Below are positions 26,481 to 35,500 of a stretch of DNA of 64,000 nt, piece by piece (the first letter of the stretch is position 1; each line of letters opens with the position of its first letter). This stretch comes from an uncultured Methanosarcinales archaeon. GTDB lineage: Archaea > Nanobdellota > Nanobdellia > Woesearchaeales > JAGVZT01. The DNA is taken from the NCBI GenBank assembly GCA_964444505.1, contig CAYUHF010000006.1, positions 600 to 64,599 on the forward strand, in the 5' to 3' direction. A program made the position numbers and the translations under genes. The notes under the pieces are model-generated. The model ran no database searches and was not told where the DNA came from. It saw only the letters and a program-made list of their open reading frames with translations.

Positions 26481-28361
26481 ATGGTGGTTTTTGATATTCC
26501 GCATTACAGCAGCTCACTTGAGAGAGATGAGGTTGTCAATATGGATGACAAGCCTTTAAGAAAAGTTGAGCTTGGAAATATTGGTATTAGTGCCAATCCT
26601 ACAACTGACCAGCTTCAGCAGCTTAAAGCAAGGATTTTTCAGGGTGCTTCAAGGGTTGAGCTTGGTTTTTCTGGTAAGGGCAAGGGTAGTATGCAGGGAA
26701 GGCAGACTACTCCTGAAATGTACGGCAAGCACCACAGAGAGGATATCAGGCAGCTTGCTGAGATAAATGAGGTTAAGCTTACTACTCACGCTTCTTATTC
26801 TGCTGGCCCCATGTCTGGTCTTGTACAGGGAAGGTTTGATCCTAATGCAAGGGAGCAGGTTCTGCATGAGATCCAGAGGGCTATTGATTTTGCTGCTGAT
26901 ACTGCAAGGGGCGGACCAGTTGTTGTTCATTCTGGTGCTTTTCCCAGAAATATTTATGAAAGTTACAGGGATGAGGGTTTTCGTGGATTTGAGGAGGAAG
27001 ATGAAAAGGGTGTTATGTATCTTGTGGATGAAGATACTGGTAAGTTGATTACTGATGTTAAGAAAAATGAAGAAGTGATATGGCCAAAATGGAAAACAGA
27101 TGAGAATAAGGAATATGTTACGAATGGAGATGGCCAGCTTGAGCCGGTTTTTGATCCTGAGACTGGTGAGTTTGAGACTCAAAAAGCTGGTTGGCAGGAG
27201 TTCAAGAAGTATGCTGACTGGTACAACAAGAATCATCCAGGTGATGAGATTACTCCTGCACAGGCTTATTACAGGGCTACTCTTGATGCTAACAGACAGT
27301 ATTCTTTGGGATGGGCGCATCAGTATGCAGAACAATATGAAGAGATGAAAGAAAACCTGAAGAAATACGAAAAAGCTTATGAAACTTACAAGGAGATTGA
27401 GAAAAATATTCCTGAAGATGAGATGTGGAAGATCAAAAAGCAGTTCAAACAGATTGACAGACCCGACATTATACCTCCTGAGGTTGAGCGTCCTACAGAG
27501 TATCTGGAAAAAAGAATAAAGAGTATGAAACAGCAGCTGAGGGCTTCAAAAGAGATGTCCCTTTCCTCTTTCCAAAGAGCTGCTCAGGCTAAAGACCAGG
27601 CTGACAAGGCGGTTCCCATTGAAAACTACGGTATTGAACAGTCGGCAACAACTATTGCAAGGGCAGCTGAGTTTGCATATGAAAAATCAAGGGAGCTTGA
27701 AAAGCACGGTAAATTAAAACAGCCTATTACTGTTTCTGTCGAAAATATTGAGCCTGAGATGTATGGTGCTCACCCTCAGGAATTAAAGAGGTTGATACTT
27801 GAGGGCAGGAAGAAGTTTGTTGAAAGATATGGGCAGAGGTATGGCGAGGAAAAGGCAAAAGAGCTTGCCAAGCAGCATATCAAGGCGACCTGGGATATTG
27901 GGCATGCTTACATGTGGAGAAAGTATTTTGAGGGAGATCCTGACAAGAGTTTTGAGGAGAATACAAAAAACTTTAACAAATGGTTATTTAATCATATTGA
28001 TGACCTCAATAAAGAGGAGATTATTGATCACGTGCATATTTCTGATAATTTTGGTTACAATGATGAGCATGTAACACCTGGCCAGGGTATTATTCCAATA
28101 AAGGAATTTGTGGACAAGATGAGAGAGGCAGGTATAAAGGATGTCATTGTTGAGCCGGCTCACCAGGACTACAAGGCAATGCTTGGCGGATGGAGGGATT
28201 TTGGTGCTCCAATATATGGTTCTGCTCCGCCTGCAACTGGGAGCAGTTGGTCTGATATTCAGTTCTCATATTTTGGCCAGACAAGGACTCCATACTTTAT
28301 TTTTGGGGATTATTCTCCAAGCAGGGACTTTACGTTGTGGACACAGGTACCTCTTGAATAG
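26481..28361 (+). CDS. xylose-isomerase-like/AP-endonuclease-2 (Endonuclease IV-like) TIM-barrel protein with ~250-aa internal insertion
   Basis: ATG at 26481 lies 1 nt after the upstream stop, with GGTGG Shine-Dalgarno. Motifs in Nfo order: THASY, VVVHSG, SVENIEP, WDIGHAYMW, VHISDN...NDEH..PGQGIIP, VIVEP. A charged helical insert sits between VHSG and ENI. Confidence 0.65.
   Translation: MVVFDIPHYSSSLERDEVVNMDDKPLRKVELGNIGISANPTTDQLQQLKARIFQGASRVELGFSGKGKGSMQGRQTTPEMYGKHHREDIRQLAEINEVKLTTHASYSAGPMSGLVQGRFDPNAREQVLHEIQRAIDFAADTARGGPVVVHSGAFPRNIYESYRDEGFRGFEEEDEKGVMYLVDEDTGKLITDVKKNEEVIWPKWKTDENKEYVTNGDGQLEPVFDPETGEFETQKAGWQEFKKYADWYNKNHPGDEITPAQAYYRATLDANRQYSLGWAHQYAEQYEEMKENLKKYEKAYETYKEIEKNIPEDEMWKIKKQFKQIDRPDIIPPEVERPTEYLEKRIKSMKQQLRASKEMSLSSFQRAAQAKDQADKAVPIENYGIEQSATTIARAAEFAYEKSRELEKHGKLKQPITVSVENIEPEMYGAHPQELKRLILEGRKKFVERYGQRYGEEKAKELAKQHIKATWDIGHAYMWRKYFEGDPDKSFEENTKNFNKWLFNHIDDLNKEEIIDHVHISDNFGYNDEHVTPGQGIIPIKEFVDKMREAGIKDVIVEPAHQDYKAMLGGWRDFGAPIYGSAPPATGSSWSDIQFSYFGQTRTPYFIFGDYSPSRDFTLWTQVPLE
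28294..28361 (+). repeat. left copy of 68-bp direct repeat (equals the last 22 codons plus stop of the TIM-barrel gene)
   Basis: 61/68 identical to 32443-32510; perfect cores 28308-28336 and 28338-28352. Confidence 0.9.
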
Positions 28362-28457
28362 GAGAGATAGAGTTATTCATGACATACTTTACAAAGCCTT
28401 CATCATAAAAACCCCGTGTCTGTATTTGCATTCCCATTTTGTTAATTCTTAAGATTG

Positions 28458-28466
28458 TTTTTTTTT
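28458..28466 (+). terminator. oligo-T tract (T9) about 100 nt downstream of the TIM-barrel gene stop
   Basis: gattgtttttttttgag; archaeal terminators are oligo-T runs. Confidence 0.35.
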
Positions 28467-28519
28467 GAGTGCTTTTTCAGATAGTCCCGGGGGAAGATAT
28501 AATCTGCAGGGAAAACCAA

Positions 28520-28828
28520 TCATTGGGAATATTTCTCCAATTTAACTCTTCTTGCATCATATCCGAGAATTTTCTTGTCTGCAAATTCCCTGATTCTTCC
28601 GATGCCATATTCCTGCTGCACAAGGTTATATACTGAGTTCCAGATGTAGTGCTCATCAGGTTTGCATACTGGACAGGGGATAAGACCAAGACTGAAAATT
28701 TCTCTTAGACCTTGTTCTCCAGCTCCAAGTATTATCTCTGATAATCCTGTAGGTTCTCTTCTGCGTGCAGAACAGGTAGTGAGTCCGAAAAGACCTCTAC
28801 TGAGTCGTGCAGACCAGATATCAGCATA
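28520..28828 (-). pseudogene. start-less ORF remnant (102 codons) inside the islet
   Basis: Open frame ...WSARLSRGLFGLTTCSARRREPTGLSEIILGAGEQGLREIFSLGLIPCPVCKPDEHYIWNSVYNLVQQEYGIGRIREFADKKILGYDARRVKLEKYSQ* has no ATG. A 31-codon ATG-initiated frame (from 28827) overlaps it at -1/+1. Track ORF 28477-28689 is a third frame of the same DNA. Confidence 0.25.
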
Positions 28829-28883
28829 TCAGGCTATCTCGAGCAGTGTCTTTTCTTCCCCTTTGTCTGTGATGTGTAGTATC

Positions 28884-31301
28884 TCATTTGTGCGATGAAG
28901 CGTAGAGTTCCCTTTTAACTTTTAATCTCATTGCACGGCGTGATTCATACCATAAGAGTCTTGGCTCGTTCTCAAAGACAATGATCTGGTCAAAAGAATC
29001 TTTGTTTAAAGCAGGAAAAAGGGTTGTTTTTGTACCCCTGTTCCTGATCCTTCCGGATTTTTTCACATCCGTTGATGAGACTCGGGTAAAACATGGATGC
29101 ATGCTCCCGAACCTGAACCTGTTGCCGTTTCCCTGCCATGGTTCTGCAGCTTCACCCGAAAGGTGGTAGTGGCCGCAGTCAACCAATGCAGAATCCATAG
29201 GGCCATAGGCAAGTGCTGTCCTGCCCGGTGTTTTCTGCCACTTTGGATCATGGACTATTGTATTTCTAAGTGGCCCCAAATCCTCTGCCCGGAGGTAAAA
29301 GGTTACGGCATTTGAACGAGCGTCCCGTTCGTCAAACACAACCCTGTCTGCAAGGTTTTCTCCAACAAGTCCTTTCTGAACCACATACATCAGTATTTCA
29401 TGGGGGTTTATTCCCGAGCCTCTCAATGAAAGAAAAGCGTGATTTGATCCTATAAATGTTGAAATTATTTCAAGCTGAGATTTTTTTTCTAATTCAACTA
29501 ATTGTTCTATGTAATAATCTGCATCCATCTGCTGGAAGTTGCCTATGTTTTCCCATGCTCCCCTTAGTTTTCTTGCAAGTATTCTTGAAACGAATTCCAC
29601 CCTGTCCTCGATTGTTTCAATAGGTTTTGATAGCTCTCCAATTTCTTGTGAGTAATCTAATGCGGACTCTCTTCTGTATTCTGCTCCTGCTCCAGTCCAT
29701 CCTGCAGAGTTGCTTTCAATGTCATCACCGACTGTTTTCAGCATTGCAGGAACAATTGGTCTGTCCAGAAATGTCCTGTTTTCTTTCCATTTCCTTAGTC
29801 TCCTTTCCTTTGCACCATCAACAAGCGCGATATCAGTTGATGGACAAAACAGATGCATATCTGAGTGTCCTTCTTCTTCATACCATCTTTCAGGTATAGT
29901 AATCCCTTTTGTGGCCGCATCATATGCTGTTAATTCTCTTCCTACTCTTCCTTCTTCATCAATATGGAATCCAAAGAGTGCAGATATGGCTCCCTTACCT
30001 AGTCTTTTGATTGCATAATGGGAGCGGCTTCCTACTGGTTTTCTTCCTGAAAGTCTTTCAGGTTCTTTTCCTCTGACAAATCTTGCTGCTTTATCCAGAT
30101 CATGATATACAGGCAGAACGCACACATATATGCTTTCAGGGTATGAATCCAGTGGCTGGAACCACAATCCCTCATATTCTCCATTTAATTCTGCATTTGA
30201 AGGCGATGTGTCGATTCTCATGAAATCATATCTCCCCTGATGTCCTTCAACAATAAGTAAAATGTCTTTTTCATGAAGTTCCTTTGTTTTTGTGTGTATA
30301 TCTTCTGAAAGACGCTTTGCTCTGTTGACTATTGGTGAGTCATACATACGGGCGTTTTCATTCACAATAATATTATTTCCATTCACTTCTATCTCTGCTT
30401 CTCCTATCAAAAATTCAATGTCATGTTTTTGCAGTATCTCTGCATATTTCTCCTTCATGAACCTAAACCCTTCGCTTACAATCATCTGGTGCACAGGACT
30501 CTCTTTCCTTGGCCTGAAGTATTCCAGCTCTTCCTCTGAAACATTAATTTCTTTTCTCAGCTCTCTAAAACTCCTGTTAAGATTATCAAGCTCTGATTCG
30601 CAATCTCTGATTTCCTGTTTTAATGAATTAATTTTTTCATATTCTGTTTCTTCGGCCAAATCCCGCATCTCCTCCCTAAAATCACGTTTTTCCCTGTATT
30701 TTTTTCTTATTCTCGACTGGAAGAAATCTGCTCTTGCTTCAATGTGTTTAAGTCTTCCCTTGAGTTCTCTTCGGTGTTTCAGGGCAAGATAGTGTATGAT
30801 TCTGTTTGTTGAGAATCCGTCATCAGTTGACCAATGGTAATACAGTTTTGCATTGGGAAGAGCCTGTCTTAGTTCACTAAACCTTTTCTCTGCAATCTCA
30901 AATTCACGCCCCATCAGATTCTGCAGCGGGTCATTTAATGAAGGTCCTGTTTTCAATTGGTCCCGGACCTTTTCCTTAGTCATCCAGAAACTCACAAGCT
31001 CAGGCAGTTTGTATTCCGGCCTGTCTATTCTAGTTATTGCCGCAGAAAGCCAGACTGCATCTGGTTGAACCTGGCTTAGGTAGTGTATAGTGTTTATCCA
31101 GTTCCCCTGATTGAAAAGCTTGGAGTCAAAAAGCACCTGGTCCATAAAATAAACAGAGCAGGGATTGTTTTTGGGCTGGTAACTAGGTTCTACTGTGATA
31201 ACCTCCTCACCGTCAATGACATCTTGAACAATTGCATGGCCTACAATTTCTTCAAGTCCCCTCTCTACTGGCAAATAGGTCTGTATAAGTCTGTCTATCA
31301 T
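28884..31301 (-). CDS. 805-aa orphan protein: N-terminal domain, central charged coiled coil, C-terminal calcineurin-like metallophosphoesterase-type motifs
   Basis: Ordered motifs GHSDMH (DxH), VGDDIESN (GDxxD/E), GSNHAF (GNH[D/E]-like), DCGHYH (GHxH). Coiled-coil segment ...EETEYEKINSLKQEIRDCESELDNLNRSFRELRKEI... . By-eye assignment only. Confidence 0.6.
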   Translation of the reverse strand: MIDRLIQTYLPVERGLEEIVGHAIVQDVIDGEEVITVEPSYQPKNNPCSVYFMDQVLFDSKLFNQGNWINTIHYLSQVQPDAVWLSAAITRIDRPEYKLPELVSFWMTKEKVRDQLKTGPSLNDPLQNLMGREFEIAEKRFSELRQALPNAKLYYHWSTDDGFSTNRIIHYLALKHRRELKGRLKHIEARADFFQSRIRKKYREKRDFREEMRDLAEETEYEKINSLKQEIRDCESELDNLNRSFRELRKEINVSEEELEYFRPRKESPVHQMIVSEGFRFMKEKYAEILQKHDIEFLIGEAEIEVNGNNIIVNENARMYDSPIVNRAKRLSEDIHTKTKELHEKDILLIVEGHQGRYDFMRIDTSPSNAELNGEYEGLWFQPLDSYPESIYVCVLPVYHDLDKAARFVRGKEPERLSGRKPVGSRSHYAIKRLGKGAISALFGFHIDEEGRVGRELTAYDAATKGITIPERWYEEEGHSDMHLFCPSTDIALVDGAKERRLRKWKENRTFLDRPIVPAMLKTVGDDIESNSAGWTGAGAEYRRESALDYSQEIGELSKPIETIEDRVEFVSRILARKLRGAWENIGNFQQMDADYYIEQLVELEKKSQLEIISTFIGSNHAFLSLRGSGINPHEILMYVVQKGLVGENLADRVVFDERDARSNAVTFYLRAEDLGPLRNTIVHDPKWQKTPGRTALAYGPMDSALVDCGHYHLSGEAAEPWQGNGNRFRFGSMHPCFTRVSSTDVKKSGRIRNRGTKTTLFPALNKDSFDQIIVFENEPRLLWYESRRAMRLKVKRELYASSHK

Positions 31302-31437
31302 TTTGCTTCAGAAAAGTCAGGGGGAAAGTTTCCAATCTTACTGGAATACCGCTACGACTGTCCAGTTGGATTCTGACAAAAAGAGATTTGGATTCGTCTT
31401 CCCCCCTTCATTCTGAGATTTATTGAATACTATTTGC

Positions 31438-31467
31438 ATATATAATTTGTCAATATAGATTATATAT
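31438..31467. promoter_or_regulatory. 9-bp inverted repeat in the divergent promoter of the islet genes
   Basis: ATATATAAT-N12-ATTATATAT, 66 nt upstream of the AbrB-PhoU ATG. AT-only, so modest significance. Confidence 0.25.
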
Positions 31468-31532
31468 CTAAAGAAAAAACTATATGAATAACATAATAAA
31501 TACATAAATATTAGTAGTGATTAGCCAACTAT

Positions 31533-32429
31533 ATGGAGCAGAGAAAACTACAACTGGTTGCGGGTTCTACATACACAATATCACTACCAAAACAGTGGGT
31601 TATAAGAAACAATCTAAAAGTGAGTGACCACTTGACAATTTATGAGAAGAGCGGGAAGAGTCTAATAGTCTCTGTTGAGCACATCAAGGATGAAAACACT
31701 GAGATCAAGATAAATGTTGACAAGTACAGTTCCATTGAAGAGATTATTTTTTCCGTTTACTACATGGGCGTCGAAAGGATTGATCTCTGGTCTGAGAAAT
31801 CAATAATACCTGAGAAGAAAAAAATAATACGGAGGGCTGTCAGAAAGCTGAGTGGTGTTGAGATTATTTTTGAGAGCAAGAAAATGATCACATTGAATCT
31901 TCTTTTAGATAAGTCAAAGCTGAACATTAACCAGATTCTTTACAGGATTTCACTTATCATTCTCCAGTCTATTGACAGCATAGATAATGGTGATGAGATT
32001 GAAGCTAATGAGAAGGAGATCGACAGGCTTTTTCACCTGAGCAAGGCAATTTTATCTCTTTCTATGAGAAATCCGGGGATACTTGAGAGTTCTGGTGTTG
32101 ACAATCTTCTTCTGATTCCCTCGTATAACGGGATTGCAAAGAAATTTGAAAAGATTCATGATGATCTTTATAGGCTTGTAAATTATTACCAAAAAAGTGA
32201 CATTGGAGAGATAATAAAATACACAAGAGAGGTTACAGAAACTACGAGGGATTTCATACTGAAGCCAGGGAAACCTGTTGACATAGAGTCAGAGGGTCTT
32301 GAGGAGAAGGCTGATACTTTCGGCAATTCTGTTGCAATACTTCTAAGAGATCTTGTAACTCACACAAGAGATCTTGAGAAGCATCTTGTGCAGTTCTCCT
32401 TTTACAGGAGTATTGAGAAGGATAAATAA
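31533..32429 (+). CDS. AbrB/SpoVT-domain plus PhoU-like-domain transcriptional regulator (archaeal phosphate-uptake-regulator family)
   Basis: N-terminus LQLVAGSTYTISLPKQWVIRNNLKVSDHLTIYEKSGKSLIV (AbrB fold). C-terminal helical repeats with ..NEKEIDRLFHLSKAIL.. (PhoU-like). Confidence 0.7.
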   Translation: MEQRKLQLVAGSTYTISLPKQWVIRNNLKVSDHLTIYEKSGKSLIVSVEHIKDENTEIKINVDKYSSIEEIIFSVYYMGVERIDLWSEKSIIPEKKKIIRRAVRKLSGVEIIFESKKMITLNLLLDKSKLNINQILYRISLIILQSIDSIDNGDEIEANEKEIDRLFHLSKAILSLSMRNPGILESSGVDNLLLIPSYNGIAKKFEKIHDDLYRLVNYYQKSDIGEIIKYTREVTETTRDFILKPGKPVDIESEGLEEKADTFGNSVAILLRDLVTHTRDLEKHLVQFSFYRSIEKDK

Positions 32430-32442
32430 TTCCAGCCTTATA

Positions 32443-32510
32443 ACTTTGTGTTTGGCGATTATTCTCCAAGCAGGGACTTTACGTTATGGACACAGGTACC
32501 TTTGGAGTAG
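32443..32510 (+). repeat. right (orphan) copy of the 68-bp direct repeat
   Basis: Reads NFVFGDYSPSRDFTLWTQVPLE* with no upstream gene body. Lies 13 nt after, and in frame with, the stop of the AbrB-PhoU gene. Confidence 0.9.
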
Positions 32511-32598
32511 ATCTAAAAGAAGTTAGAGATTATTTTTGTTGAGTTTTAAGGAGCGAGTGATACATGTTAGAGTATTGACTGAACAAAACCATTCTTGT

Positions 32599-35500
32599 TC
32601 AAGTTGTACAAGAAGGCCTACTTGAATAGATTTGATCTTCTTCACATCCTGAATCACAATCTTTTGGTTCTCCCCATTCTCCTCCTTCTTCACACTTCAT
32701 GTATTTATAGAATTGTCCTTCTGTATAGCAATAGTATTCTCCAACTTCAATCTTTTCTGCATTTTCAATACAATTACTCTGGTCACATTTTGTGAAATCA
32801 TCTTTCCATTCTGTGTTGCTACAATACCAGCATGTTTCACCATCCCAAAAATGCTCTCCGTTTCCTAGTGTTGATGATCGGAGGATTTCTTTTGTCAATC
32901 TATCATTATTATCAACATGACATACTCTATTACAGCCCCCCTCATATTTTTCAGGTTCTGCTCCTTCTTCTGTCATAACACACAGAAGACATTCCGTTTC
33001 GCCTTCGAAAGGACCAAAGTAAATATAGCCAGGTGCATACTCTCCCTCACATAGACAATGACTAGGTTCATCATAATTGGGTGTAAGTGTTCCATCTTTA
33101 CATTCATAACAAAGATTTTGACCCCCGTATGTATACTTCTGTTGGCAGTAATGATCTGGACATCCCTCTGGAAAATCAGTCCTAAAGCTATTATCCTGAC
33201 AAAAGTAGCACTGACCGTCATGGAATACACCTTGTCCACTATCTACCCAGCCATCATCTCCCAAATCCTCAGGTAGATTCTCATCAAGTACAGAGCAGCC
33301 TTCACAAAATGATTTATCTACAATTTTCCATTGGCTGTCACCATTTTTTTGATGTTCTTTGCATTCAACACATTTACCACGTGATGTTCTGACTGTTTTG
33401 CCTGGCCTCGTGTTACCACAATAGCATCTAGAATTCGCTGTTTCACGCCAACCATCAGGGTTTGCTGCACTTACTCCAACACATTCATGGCATGTGTTAC
33501 CAGCAAAATAATAATCTCCTTTTTCTCCATATCGTTCTGCAATAGGACCTTCAACACAGATATCCTGAGACTGCTGATTGCGACTTATGCATAATTTACC
33601 CTCTGTTGTTGTTATATGCTTACATTCACCTATACCACAAGGATCCTCTGAACAAGCAGTTTCAACATCCTGAAAACTATTATAATCCAAACAGGTAGTT
33701 ACTTGGTCACATTCATTTTGTCCTACATCCGGTTGTTCATAATCACAAGCAGCAAAATTACTACATGTTGCTCCCTCATGGCACACCCCAGAACAGTCCT
33801 TACAGCTGATATAAGAACATGGATCATTAGGCTTATTCTCAACGCAGCATCCCCACATTTCTGTATTTTGATCGTTACATCTAATATCTTGGTCACAAGA
33901 TTTTGAAATCCAACCAACATGATAATCTTTAGTTTCGCAAACTTCTTCCCCCATATTATCATTACACCGATAACCACCTGGAACAGCAAGTATACAGCAA
34001 CCCTTTAAATCTACCTCATCAGCCTCTTCAGCTGTCACGCATCTTGCAATATCCCCTTCTTCTGCACAACCATACTCACATTCGGTATTTATAGGACTTA
34101 CTGGAGCCGGCCCTTCCCATCGGGTTATAAGAGTATCACCATCACAGGTCAAAATGACCTCTCCTTTTGTTGATGGATTGTTGCACAAAGACATATCAGC
34201 TCTTTTTGCTCCAGGAACAGGTTCGACGGCTACAGAGCACACAGTATCTTCTTCATTACACCAACACCGTTTGTTAATCTGCCCTTTACAGTGGCTAAGA
34301 TAATCAGATTGTATACCCATATCTTCCAAACTAGCCTTCAATCTATCATAATGCGCATATATTTGATTTCTACAGCAATATGAATTGGTGCCATCTGCTT
34401 TTGGCTGATATTTTTCCCCACCGCATATGCAGCCCTCATTTGCAGTTGTCAAAACAGTTCCACAGTACTCTGTTCCCTGAAACATTCCTCCTGTTGTTGA
34501 AGCCAGTACTGTTCCTGAACCTGTTTCGTATTCCTCTGGATCATATGTTATGTGTTCACAGTAGTCTGCTCCCCTTTCAGCAGCCCATTGTCTGAAACTC
34601 ACTGAGCTAAAACTATCATATCCAACCTCAATCTCACAAAGACTTGTGTCCATAACATTTGTCCCTTCTTCTCGCATGTAGTCCCTGTACAAAGCAAGAC
34701 AGTTGAGTTCTCTTCCGTGAGCTGAATCAGGATCCCAAACAGCTCCAAGTTTCTCCTTTTTTGCATAGATCTCATTTATTCTCTTCTGCACTGTAGGTTC
34801 ACACTCATCAAAGAACTTAATGCCCACCCCACCAAATTCCATTTCTTTGCCTGCAAACATCTCAACATTCACTAAATTATTCAGATATACTTTTATCCTA
34901 TTTGTTCCTTGATTAAGAGCATTCATGATTTCCTCAGGCGTTTCTACAGGTACATCGTTGATCTTAAGAGCACAACTATCTGAACAGATTTCATTTGTAT
35001 TTGTTGGTCCATCTGCTTGTTGCGTATTACCTGCTCCCTGATCGACGAGATTACCTGTTACTGCTGAATTTGTTGGATTCATATCGTTAGTCGTAACCCA
35101 TCTAGATGAATCCGCACAAGAATCTCCGTTTTCTTTAAGTTCCAAAACAATTTCTGCATAACCTCCAAGAGTTATGTCTTCATCTGATACTGCTGAAGCT
35201 ATTGGGTTGCCTTCAATTATCTCATAGCCATATGTTTTCGGTGTTGCATAGAAAGCCATATTATTTCTAGGGCACTCCATTGTTTTCTCTCCATTACCAT
35301 CGCATTTGTCAACAATATTGTCAAAGGGTCCATTATGACTTGAACTCCCCACTATACAGCTTTCTGCATTTACTTCAACAATGTATTCTTCAGCTTCATC
35401 CTCACAGTCCTCTTCACAATTAGCTCCACGCCCACTCCAAAGACATGACTGGAGACAATTATAGTACTTTGCACCATCCATCTCTTTTTTCACCTTACAT

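Larger units (their letters stand above)
28362..32510. mobile_element. putative integrated element / genomic islet (4.15 kb) bounded by the 68-bp direct repeat
   Basis: Repeat-flanked insertion at a gene 3' end. The orphan right copy retains coding sequence with mostly synonymous differences. Local G+C excess in 28.9-29.5 kb. No integrase recognised. Confidence 0.45.

Noticed and set aside
26649-27335. 228-aa antisense ORF inside the TIM-barrel gene, and similar shadow ORFs such as 30292-30792, 40942-41391 and 33723-33989
   Set aside because: They sit entirely within longer ORFs that carry recognisable motifs on the opposite strand. Their Leu/Ser/Ile-rich composition is typical of antisense frames in AT-rich DNA.
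28294-32510. The 68-bp repeat pair as template/variable repeats of a diversity-generating retroelement
   Set aside because: The seven mismatches are a/g, t/g, g/c, g/a, c/t, t/g, a/g, so they are not adenine-specific. No reverse transcriptase (no YxDD-type ORF) lies between or near the repeats.
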